64,000 bases of DNA from Candidatus Melainabacteria bacterium 17Bon1m (GTDB lineage Bacteria; Cyanobacteriota; Vampirovibrionia; Obscuribacterales; Obscuribacteraceae): the NCBI GenBank assembly GCA_032128875.1, contig JAVLKG010000003.1:225008-289007 (forward strand), read 5' to 3'. Numbering within the stretch: the stretch's first letter is position 1; each line of letters begins with the position of its first letter. The position numbers and the translations under genes were made by a program. Under the pieces are notes generated by a model. The model made no database searches and was not told where the DNA came from. It worked only from the letters and a program-made list of their open reading frames with translations. Shown piece by piece: positions 1-7,705 of the stretch.

Positions 1-2
1 TG

Positions 3-1214
3 CCGGTCGTCGTGTCTGTTTCTGCGCAGCCGATGCAACCCGGAACTCAACCTGGTGGTCCTGTGCCAGGGGTGCAACCGGGAATTCAACCTGGTGGTCC
101 TGTGACAGGGGTGCAGCCGGGAATTCAACCTGGTGGTCCTGTGCCAGGGATGCAACCCGGAACTCAGCCGAGCCCATCTCGTGCTCCGGCAGACGTACGT
201 ACGTCTGCGCAACTTGTGCCTGGCGTGGCGCTTGGTGATTGTGGTGATGTGACAGAAGCGATGGTCCGCACCTACTTTGCTGGTCGGAGTCCTGCCCGTC
301 CACCCAATCCCGCGACCAAAGCGTGTGAAGGTGGACGCATCCAAATGCGCGTCGAGGCTGCTCGGCACTTCGGTAATCGCATCATGGATCCTGTTCGCGT
401 GACGGTTTTGCTCAATTTCGAGCCGACTACGATCATCGACCTTGACTCGCTGCGGAGAGGAACCCTCACTTTCAACGGACAGGAGTTCGATCTGGTTTGG
501 CCGACTGCGCTGCTCTCCGGTCAGTCGCCCGTCAATGTTGAGATGCGGCATATGCGCAATGGCAGCGTTTTGCTGAAGATAGACCTTCTTCTGCAGAGTT
601 CTGTTCCATCATCGGTGGCACCGTATTTGGTGTTTCGTTTGGACCTTCGCTATGCGATGGGCAACATTCGTGACGCTCAGGGGCAAGCAACGACATCTCC
701 CGATTGGCGTGTTCTCTCGACACCGCTTCTTGGGTTGACCTTGTCACCAACCGCTACAGCCGGCGATCAATTCCGCGATTTCGCAGTTGAGCCTGTTCCG
801 CAAGTCATGCCGTGGCCGACTTTGTGGTTGCTCATCGTGGGTATTGCTTCGGTGCTGTTCCTTCCCGGGCTTGTGGTTGTGCGATGGATCAATCGCCTTC
901 GTCCGGGTCGGCAGGTTTCCCGCGAGGAAATCGCATGGCGCACAATCGACGCAGTGAACGCGTCAGCGAGAGAGAGCGATGGCTATCACAAGCCGCACTT
1001 TCGGCGTATTGCGGATGCTGTCCGTGCATATTTCGGACTGCGGTCGGCAACGATCTCCGAGGTGCAATCGCGTCTTTCAACACATCCGCATCTTGCGGAC
1101 ATTGTGGATGTACTTCGCTCATGTGACGGCATTCTGTTCGAAGATGGCGCCATCAATCAGCGCGAGGTGCAAGCACTTCGACGCAAGCTGGAGTTGATCA
1201 TCCCTCGTCCGTGA
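3..1214 (+). CDS. MxaA/BatD-like single-pass membrane protein with N-terminal Pro/Gly/Gln repeats (5' partial)
   Basis: Frame is open to the window edge. It shows an 'RHFGNRIMDPVRVTV' beta-rich domain, a TM (WPTLWLLIVGIASVLFLPGLVVV) and a C-terminal helical domain (FRRIADAVRAYFG...LRSCDGILF). This resembles MxaA-type accessory proteins of MoxR/vWA operons. Confidence 0.5.
   Translation, partial: PVVVSVSAQPMQPGTQPGGPVPGVQPGIQPGGPVTGVQPGIQPGGPVPGMQPGTQPSPSRAPADVRTSAQLVPGVALGDCGDVTEAMVRTYFAGRSPARPPNPATKACEGGRIQMRVEAARHFGNRIMDPVRVTVLLNFEPTTIIDLDSLRRGTLTFNGQEFDLVWPTALLSGQSPVNVEMRHMRNGSVLLKIDLLLQSSVPSSVAPYLVFRLDLRYAMGNIRDAQGQATTSPDWRVLSTPLLGLTLSPTATAGDQFRDFAVEPVPQVMPWPTLWLLIVGIASVLFLPGLVVVRWINRLRPGRQVSREEIAWRTIDAVNASARESDGYHKPHFRRIADAVRAYFGLRSATISEVQSRLSTHPHLADIVDVLRSCDGILFEDGAINQREVQALRRKLELIIPRP
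33..170 (+). repeat. In-frame 39-bp tandem repeat (3.5 copies, [M/V]QPG[T/I]QPGGPV[P/T]G)
   Basis: Units start at 33, 72, 111 and 150. Confidence 0.95.
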
Positions 1215-1225
1215 TTATCTGTCCG

Positions 1226-1269
1226 GTCGTGAAGTCCTCGGCAGTCTCTTCTGCAGAGGACTTCACGAC
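1226..1269 (+). terminator. Strong hairpin downstream of the first CDS (terminator-like)
   Basis: GTCGTGAAGTCCTC / GAGGACTTCACGAC 14-bp arms plus GCAG/CTGC; U-tract is weak. Confidence 0.6.
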
Positions 1270-1316
1270 TTCACCAATGAAAAGACCGGAGCACTGTCTC
1301 TGGCATTGCGAAGCGA

Positions 1317-1400
1317 AGGGGCGACGCCATGCGTCGCCCTATACGCGTAGTGGCGCATTGCATGCGCCTTTCGCGCGGCCTGTATTAATGCCGCCCCTAC
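1317..1400. repeat. Cluster of three REP-like palindromes (family A, GTAG-type)
   Basis: AGGGGCGACGC-CAT-GCGTCGCCCT; GTAGTGGCGCAT-TGC-ATGCGCC; ...GCCGCCCCTAC. Confidence 0.7.
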
Positions 1401-1700
1401 GGAAAATCGCGCAACATTCGCAGCACCTTCTTTTGGAATTTGGCGTCAATTCTGAAACAACACAGGGCATCAACCCTGTTTGCTGAGTTCATATTTCCTT
1501 GCGCATGCGATACGAAAAGAGATAGTAGAGTTCTTTGTCCGCTCCCGTCAGGGTTTGCTCAATTTAAAGGACAGCGGCGTGGAAGAGCACTGGTAGTGAA
1601 ACAATGAACAGGTGAATCTGGTTCGGAAGAGGATTGCAATCAGAGTTATGCACGCCCAGAGCATGCCCTGATTTATTGGTGTAGAGAATAAGATCAACTA

Positions 1701-2471
1701 ATGACTAAGATTAGTACAGCTGAGTTATCGTCGCGCGAATCACTTAGACGTGAGTGCCTGATTAATAGGCCGTTCGGACAAGAAAGCTATCTGGAGTCAA
1801 TTGCGAAGACAGCGGCTCTCAAAGAAATAGAGTTGGGTGGCACTAAATGTGGCTATGTGCTTGTCAAAGACGAATGTATTGTCGAATTCTTTCTTTTCCC
1901 AAGCTGCGAAGCTAAAGTCCGCGAAGTGATGGTTGCGGTTGTTGAAACCACCGGCGCAAAAACAGCCCTTTGCCAGTCATTCGATGTTCCTCTAAGAGCT
2001 GCTTGTGAAGGGTTTTCTTGGGATTCAAAACCTGTCGGTTTTCTGTTTCGCGAATTCGACAAGTCCCTTTTAGGTTCCAACTTGATTGCCAAATTGGCTA
2101 ATCAATCTCAAATACCTGAGGTATTGTCGATTCATGACGGTTTTTTTGATGACGAGGATGAGATTTGTTTTTACCTCCAGCAAAACGCTAGACTTTTCAT
2201 ATATCGGCACGGTGAGACTCCAGTAGCATGCGGCATCGTCAAACAAGTAGTTGAATGTCGCAATGATTATGATGTTGGTATGGTGGTGGCACCAAATGAA
2301 AGGGGGAAGGGCTATGGAGCTCAGGTCGTCAACCATCTGAAGCATTTCTGTATTGCTCAAGGATGGAATCCCATCGCAGGTTGTAGTGTGGATAATCCTG
2401 CCTCTAAGCGCAGCTTGGAACGCGCTGGTTTCGTCAGCAAACATCAACTCATAAAATTTACTCGTAGCTGA
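1701..2471 (+). CDS. GNAT-family N-acetyltransferase
   Basis: Acetyl-CoA motif VAPNERGKGYG and NPASKRSLERAGF in the C-terminal domain. Confidence 0.85.
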   Translation: MTKISTAELSSRESLRRECLINRPFGQESYLESIAKTAALKEIELGGTKCGYVLVKDECIVEFFLFPSCEAKVREVMVAVVETTGAKTALCQSFDVPLRAACEGFSWDSKPVGFLFREFDKSLLGSNLIAKLANQSQIPEVLSIHDGFFDDEDEICFYLQQNARLFIYRHGETPVACGIVKQVVECRNDYDVGMVVAPNERGKGYGAQVVNHLKHFCIAQGWNPIAGCSVDNPASKRSLERAGFVSKHQLIKFTRS

Positions 2472-2656
2472 GTTCGTTGCGAATCGGGTGAATGATGTTT
2501 GTATTTCTCTGAAGAAACATACCTGGTATAAAGCGTGAATAAACGGCGAAGCCGTCGCTTCGCAGCGCCGGCTCACCTCCCTTTCTTTCCTTTGCAAAAC
2601 CTTTTGCTTAGCGCTTGCGAGTCGCGTTTCGCATCACGCAATCAATCCGTATAAAC

Positions 2657-2689
2657 AGAATAGGCATCGAAGCTGACACCTAGTTGACA
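2657..2689 (-). promoter_or_regulatory. TGTCA direct-repeat promoter, copy 1
   Basis: Minus strand TGTCA-actagg-TGTCA-gcttcgatgcc-TATTCT. Confidence 0.75.
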
Positions 2690-2730
2690 CCATATCCGGC
2701 ACTACGAAGTTTATCTCTCCGCATGCGAAT

Positions 2731-2756
2731 AACCGAGGCAGTAGCCTGCCCCGGTT
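2731..2756 (-). terminator. Hairpin downstream of LysM gene 2824-3870
   Basis: AACCG-A-GGCAG / CTGCC-C-CGGTT inverted repeat with an AT-rich tail. Confidence 0.5.
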
Positions 2757-2823
2757 ATATCCCCTGCTGAGAAATCCGTTTGTTGTTAGTTACTCTTTAT
2801 TAGTTGTGCGTTGTTCTACGATG

Positions 2824-3870
2824 TCACTGGCGGCGCGTGACCCAGCCTGTAACTCTGCCGGTTCTGTCTGTGGCAATCACATGATTGTTGCCATCGCCGG
2901 TGGCGATTGTAGTTGTGTAATTACCAGTGCGCGGATCCATTACCGTTTCTGCAGAGCGCACACCTTGCAACTGACGTGTTCCGTATTGATCGCGAACATT
3001 CATGTCGATGCCTTCGCCGCTGTAGCGGACGTTAGAGCGAACGATTTCGCCTGTTCTGCGATCGGTCTCTTGCATCACTTGCGCTGTCGGCGGGCTGCTG
3101 AATAGGTAAGTGCCGTTTCTGACCGGAGCTTCGTATGTTCTCACATTGCGTTCACCGGCGGGCGCAGTGTAATCGTTCGTGCGTTCTCCTTCCCTCCAGC
3201 GAGCGCCGTTCTCGCGTCCTGGTTCAACCTGACCGGGCAATCGCATCGGGTGGTAATTTTCAGCACTCGGAGTCAGACCTGGATTGGTATCACCGACGCC
3301 GCGAGAAGCTTCCGGGCGTGCCCGGTCTCTAATCGATGGAATTGTCAGCTCTGTTCCGACGCGCACATTGTTGGTGTCGCGCAGGCGGTTGGCTTGACCG
3401 ATTGCTTGAACCTGTTCGTGAATGTCCCGGAGTGACGGTTCAGAGCCAGTTTCTGCTCTCAGTCGTTGGCGTGCGATGTGCGACAGCGTGTCGCCGGGAC
3501 GAATTGTGTAACGTGTCGATCCGTCACCCTGATCTCTAAAGTCACGTTCGCCATTCGGTGTGACGCGACCTTCCGGAGTGCGGCGTTCTGACACGACAGC
3601 GCCGGTTCTGCCATCACGAACTTGTTCGCTGCGACCATCTGAGCTGCGCGTGATCAACTGTCCGTTGTTTGCACCCATAATTTGAATGTCGTCATTGCCT
3701 GCAAATCCAAGGCGGCGCATGTCGACGCGATCGTTGATTGCCTGACGTTCGCGCGCCCACGATGCGGGGTTGCGCTGCAGTTCTTCGACCTGCCTTGTGA
3801 TGGCGCTGATGTCTCGTCCATCTGTTCTTTCGAGTGCTGTTGCAACTCTGTCCACTTCTTGGTTTCGCAT
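2824..3870 (-). CDS. LysM domain protein (paralog 1), no signal peptide
   Basis: LysM YTIRPGDTLSHIA...NRLRDTNNVRVGTELTIP; RBS AGGAG. Confidence 0.85.
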   Translation of the reverse strand: MRNQEVDRVATALERTDGRDISAITRQVEELQRNPASWARERQAINDRVDMRRLGFAGNDDIQIMGANNGQLITRSSDGRSEQVRDGRTGAVVSERRTPEGRVTPNGERDFRDQGDGSTRYTIRPGDTLSHIARQRLRAETGSEPSLRDIHEQVQAIGQANRLRDTNNVRVGTELTIPSIRDRARPEASRGVGDTNPGLTPSAENYHPMRLPGQVEPGRENGARWREGERTNDYTAPAGERNVRTYEAPVRNGTYLFSSPPTAQVMQETDRRTGEIVRSNVRYSGEGIDMNVRDQYGTRQLQGVRSAETVMDPRTGNYTTTIATGDGNNHVIATDRTGRVTGWVTRRQ

Positions 3871-3989
3871 TTGTGACTCTCCTGGTAAATAACTGCCGAG
3901 TGGCTTTCTATGGGGATGTCGGGGTGAGTAGGATCAGCGAACATGTAAGTTGTTCGCTTAGATTGCTGGGGGAAGTGCTTTCGATTATG

Positions 3990-4022
3990 AGATTATCATC
4001 GGTAGTTGCCACCAAGATGACA
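3990..4022 (-). promoter_or_regulatory. TGTCA direct-repeat promoter, copy 2
   Basis: Minus strand TGTCA-tcttgg-TGGCA-actaccgatga-TAATCT. Confidence 0.8.
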
Positions 4023-4080
4023 TGACCGAAAGCAGCTTCCTGCAACCTTTCTATGTTTCCCTGCGCTGCGTCTGCGCTCC

Positions 4081-5190
4081 TTAACGCGATTCGTAGTTGG
4101 TCACGCGACCCGATCTGCCGTCGGTGCGGAAGGTGTGACGACGTCCGCTTTGCTCGACAATCTCGGTTGTGTAGTTACCGTCTTGTCCGCGAGTCGTCGT
4201 TGCTGTGCGCGGTTCTGCAATGACCACATCATTGCGTCCACCGGCTCCTTGTGGAACCTGAACACGAATCGGTTCTACAATTTCCGGATACGTTACTTGT
4301 GAGCGAACGACATTACCTTGCCTGTCGAGAATGCGTTCAACACTGGATGGTGCAAATCCATTTCCTCCAACCGTCACTTGGTACTGTTGTCTAGTGGAGC
4401 CGTCCGGCAATTGTGTTTGACGCACGGACGCTGGATTTAGCCTTTCTTCGGGCAAACCACTGGTAGTGTTGTCGCGACCCGAGCCTGTTCTTCTAATTGT
4501 TTCTTGTCTCGCTGCTCCCGGCTCCGTGTTGAGTCCTGGGACAATCAACGGATGGCTGACATTGCGTGGTAATTCTTGTGCCTGACGTTGCAGGTCTGCT
4601 TGTCTCAGTGGCTGGACTTGTTCGCGCTGTGGTGTGCCGGCGGGCGGAGTTGCTTCAGGTGCGCGTTCTCCCGGTCGTGGGACGCGGATTTCTTGACCCG
4701 GGCGAATGCGATTAGGGTCTTGGATGCCGTTTAGCCTGGCAAGTTCTCTGTAATCGTTAGTAATTTCCTGCGGAGTAGGTGTGCGCCCGTGCTGAGCGGC
4801 CATGCGCTCCCTGGAGATACTCCAGAGCGTGTCACCTGGTCTAACTGAATAACGGGCGGTTCCATCTGGCTGTTGCTGAAACTCGCGCGGCGCTTGCGCT
4901 GAAACTATTTCAAAGGTTCGGCCATCTCTTTCGACGCGACGTCCGTCTGGATTTCTTGTTTGGACTCTGCCACCTTGCCCAAGACCAGTGATCTCGAAGT
5001 CGACGTTATCGGGAAAACCAAGTGCACGCATATCAACACGCTCATTGAGCGCGCGCAAATTCTGTGCAAACGCGCGAGGGTTTTCTCTCTGCATTTGCTG
5101 CAGTTCGGCCGTAACAGCTGAGAAGTCTTGACCCTGGCGGGTGTTTTCCAGGCGTCGTGTAACGTTTTCGAGTGGTTGTTCGGGAGGCAT
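4081..5190 (-). CDS. LysM domain protein (paralog 2), no signal peptide
   Basis: LysM YSVRPGDTLWSIS...NGIQDPNRIRPGQEIRVP; N- and C-termini align with 2824-3870; RBS AAGGAG. Confidence 0.85.
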   Translation of the reverse strand: MPPEQPLENVTRRLENTRQGQDFSAVTAELQQMQRENPRAFAQNLRALNERVDMRALGFPDNVDFEITGLGQGGRVQTRNPDGRRVERDGRTFEIVSAQAPREFQQQPDGTARYSVRPGDTLWSISRERMAAQHGRTPTPQEITNDYRELARLNGIQDPNRIRPGQEIRVPRPGERAPEATPPAGTPQREQVQPLRQADLQRQAQELPRNVSHPLIVPGLNTEPGAARQETIRRTGSGRDNTTSGLPEERLNPASVRQTQLPDGSTRQQYQVTVGGNGFAPSSVERILDRQGNVVRSQVTYPEIVEPIRVQVPQGAGGRNDVVIAEPRTATTTRGQDGNYTTEIVEQSGRRHTFRTDGRSGRVTNYESR

Positions 5191-5296
5191 TAGCGATACT
5201 CCTTTAGGAACGTGAAAGCGGCAGCCTCACTCGAACTGACTCGATGTGTGAGATGCGCTGTAACAGGGGAGAGAGATAAAGAACTTCGATGCCTAA

Positions 5297-5329
5297 AGAT
5301 TACTGTTTGAAGTTGCCACCAAGTTGACA
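5297..5329 (-). promoter_or_regulatory. TGTCA direct-repeat promoter, copy 3
   Basis: Minus strand TGTCA-acttgg-TGGCA-acttcaaacag-TAATCT. Confidence 0.8.
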
Positions 5330-5363
5330 TGGAAAGGGTTGGCGAAGAAAAACTCTCACCACA

Positions 5364-5398
5364 CCAAAAAGAAGAGACGGGTCGCTGGGTCCATCTCT
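5364..5398 (-). terminator. Intrinsic terminator after 5435-6223
   Basis: Minus strand GAGATGG...CCGTCTC stem followed by TTCTTTTT. Confidence 0.5.
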
Positions 5399-5434
5399 CC
5401 TATTGGCTGGTGCATTGGGCTGTCGAACAAAGCT

Positions 5435-6223
5435 TTAGAACTTTTCGCTGAGGGTTCGCGAGAAGGTCGGATTAATTGGCAGCCTGATGCGTGAAGGTGC
5501 ACCTAGCTGCTCGCTGCGCGCGGCAATGCTTTCAGGGCTGATATAGCGCCCTTCATCGCCGTTCCACAGGAAGTTGGCAATCGTATTGAAGAATCCATTG
5601 CTGTTGGCTAAAGCGGGCGCATCATTTAATAGCGTCCTTATCGCTGCGTGCTGTTGCTTGTTGAAATACTCTGGGTTTTGTCCGGCCGCCTCACGCAAGG
5701 CGCCAACCTGAATTTGGTTGTTGTCTGCGACACCGTCTGGATTTATCTTCCTCATCATCGCGACTAGATCATCATATTGTTTCGCCGCAGCTTGCGTACT
5801 GCGTGCCTCCGGCATCAAGCCATCTTTGATGCCGGCACGAACTTCGTCGCGTGTGATGTGGTCACGATTGGTTGCGGTCATGTAATCGAGAGCTCGTTGT
5901 GCTCCCATCACAGCCAAATTGTCGCGCGTCGATTCCGGCTGGCGTTGCTGGTTTCGGATGTAGCTAGTAAGTTCGTCGCGTTCGACAACACCGTTGCCGT
6001 TTCCACCTAAATCGATGCGGTTAAACCGCTGGTTAAGCGTTTCAATCATCAAACCACCAACCAGACCTTGCTCTTGCATTTGACGGGATTGGGCAACGAT
6101 TCTCTCCGCAGCAGAGCCAGGCGCCGCCGGCTGAGCGTAACTCATGGCGGCTAAAGACGCCCACGCGTCGCTGGATGCTGGAGGTGCAGCGCAGTCCTCC
6201 TGGATGTCCTTAAATTTGCTCAT
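5435..6223 (-). CDS. Hypothetical protein with EF-hand-like motifs
   Basis: FNRIDLGGNGNGVVERDEL and weaker repeats (DHITRDEV, RYISPESI); RBS AGGAG before ATG 6223. Confidence 0.65.
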   Translation of the reverse strand: MSKFKDIQEDCAAPPASSDAWASLAAMSYAQPAAPGSAAERIVAQSRQMQEQGLVGGLMIETLNQRFNRIDLGGNGNGVVERDELTSYIRNQQRQPESTRDNLAVMGAQRALDYMTATNRDHITRDEVRAGIKDGLMPEARSTQAAAKQYDDLVAMMRKINPDGVADNNQIQVGALREAAGQNPEYFNKQQHAAIRTLLNDAPALANSNGFFNTIANFLWNGDEGRYISPESIAARSEQLGAPSRIRLPINPTFSRTLSEKF

Positions 6224-6270
6224 CAAATCTCCTCTCAGCGCGAGCTGAAAAACAAGCGAGTGTTCTTGAA

Positions 6271-6573
6271 CTAGCGATACAAGTATGGAATTTCCAGCTC
6301 AGGAGTTTGAACTTGAGACTTCGGTCCACCATCACGCTGAACTTTGATCAAATTACCTTGCTCGTCTTGTTTGAACAAAATTGGATCGCACTTCATCGAA
6401 TATTCAGCTGAAGAGCCGCCCTTTTGAAAGCCTTCTTTCATTTTTAGGTTGAAGTTGGCAGTGGATTTGTCACACATCAGATCTGCTACTTGGTTGCTGA
6501 TTGCCATTGCATCTTCTGGTATGGCAGACACCCCAAGAGCGCATTTTTTCTCGTTGAATTCTAAGTGTTTCAT
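6271..6573 (-). CDS. Hypothetical protein (100 aa)
   Basis: RBS AAGGA before ATG 6573; co-oriented with the next gene. Confidence 0.6.
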   Translation of the reverse strand: MKHLEFNEKKCALGVSAIPEDAMAISNQVADLMCDKSTANFNLKMKEGFQKGGSSAEYSMKCDPILFKQDEQGNLIKVQRDGGPKSQVQTPELEIPYLYR

Positions 6574-6739
6574 TGTTATTTCCTTTATCAGTGTTTGATG
6601 AGCGTGCTTAGTGCGCATGGCGGGGTGTCGCGCACATGCTGCGGTGCATTGGGTTTTGAAGTCTTACTATCGAGCTATCGAAGGAGCGAACGGAGGATGT
6701 GCCTCCAAGCTTGATTGCGTTTAATCCAGCTGTACATGC

Positions 6740-6772
6740 AATTTACGATCCGTTTCTGACATGAACTTGACA
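6740..6772 (-). promoter_or_regulatory. TGTCA direct-repeat promoter, copy 4
   Basis: Minus strand TGTCA-agttca-TGTCA-gaaacggatcg-TAAATT. Confidence 0.8.
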
Positions 6773-7098
6773 CGGCTTGTCGGAAACGCGCGGAGGCTGA
6801 GCGTAGCAGCAAACCGTTGAAGTCGGACGAGAGAAGGGCGCCGAGGAGGCGTCCGTAGCGAGTAGAGGTAGCGCGCGGAAGATGAGCGTAGCGAATCTGG
6901 AGCGCTTATATAATGTCCAAAAGCGCCTAGCTGCATGCAGCCAGACGCTTATGAATGATCCCCGAAAGTTGGTTTTTTGTTTGGTAGGCGCAATCGCGCG
7001 CCTCGTGTAGAGCACCACAAATTTTGGTGCCATTACATATGGTGCCTCGTTTTGTCTAAGTTAGAATGGGGCTTAGTTGCCGAGGTAAGTGCAAGTTC

Positions 7099-7395
7099 TT
7101 AGTCGAGGGGGTGCCAGGCTCCATAACGGTCGCCCATCCAAAGTGAGCTATTCGCTGCGCGGACCATCGTGTAAGAGTCGAGATGGCGGACAAGGGCTCC
7201 AGAATCATAAGAGGCTGCTTTGATCTTGCCGGCTTCATCCTGTTCTACGAACAACTCTTGCATTCGCACTGCATTCGCCGTGTTCAGGTCGAGCGAATAC
7301 CTTTTATATTCTTGCGACTGCGGAGGGACAAAACTCAAGCTGCTGTGTTGAGAAGTTTCCGTATTGCTTGAGTGAATGTCGTTGGAATGAAACAT
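7099..7395 (-). CDS. Hypothetical protein (98 aa)
   Basis: ATG with GAGAGG RBS, downstream of promoter copy 5. Confidence 0.6.
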   Translation of the reverse strand: MFHSNDIHSSNTETSQHSSLSFVPPQSQEYKRYSLDLNTANAVRMQELFVEQDEAGKIKAASYDSGALVRHLDSYTMVRAANSSLWMGDRYGAWHPLD

Positions 7396-7565
7396 CGGGC
7401 TGCCTCTCGGGGTTCTTAAAAACTGGGGGGCTGTTGTTGGTATTTAATCGACTAATTGTTTCCGAGCCGTTAAACGCGTCTTGATGCACTCCAATCAATG
7501 CAACGCCTAGCTTCGCGGCTTGCGAGCGTTTATCAATTGGTGCGCTATCGGTTTTGGACACCCTT

Positions 7566-7598
7566 AACGTATCAAATGAATTTGACATTGAGATGACA
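7566..7598 (-). promoter_or_regulatory. TGTCA direct-repeat promoter, copy 5
   Basis: Minus strand TGTCA-tctcaa-TGTCA-aattcatttga-TACGTT. Confidence 0.8.
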
Positions 7599-7705
7599 TA
7601 GGTAAAAACGCCACCAGCGCCAGAATTCTTTGAGCTTTTGGTCGGACGAGCAATAAAAATGAAACAACCGGCGATTACATTTAGCCTATTACTAGGATTC
7701 ATGCC

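Noticed and set aside
2070-2597. 175-aa minus-strand ORF under promoter copy 1
   Set aside because: Mostly an antisense shadow of the GNAT gene, with no protein-like features.
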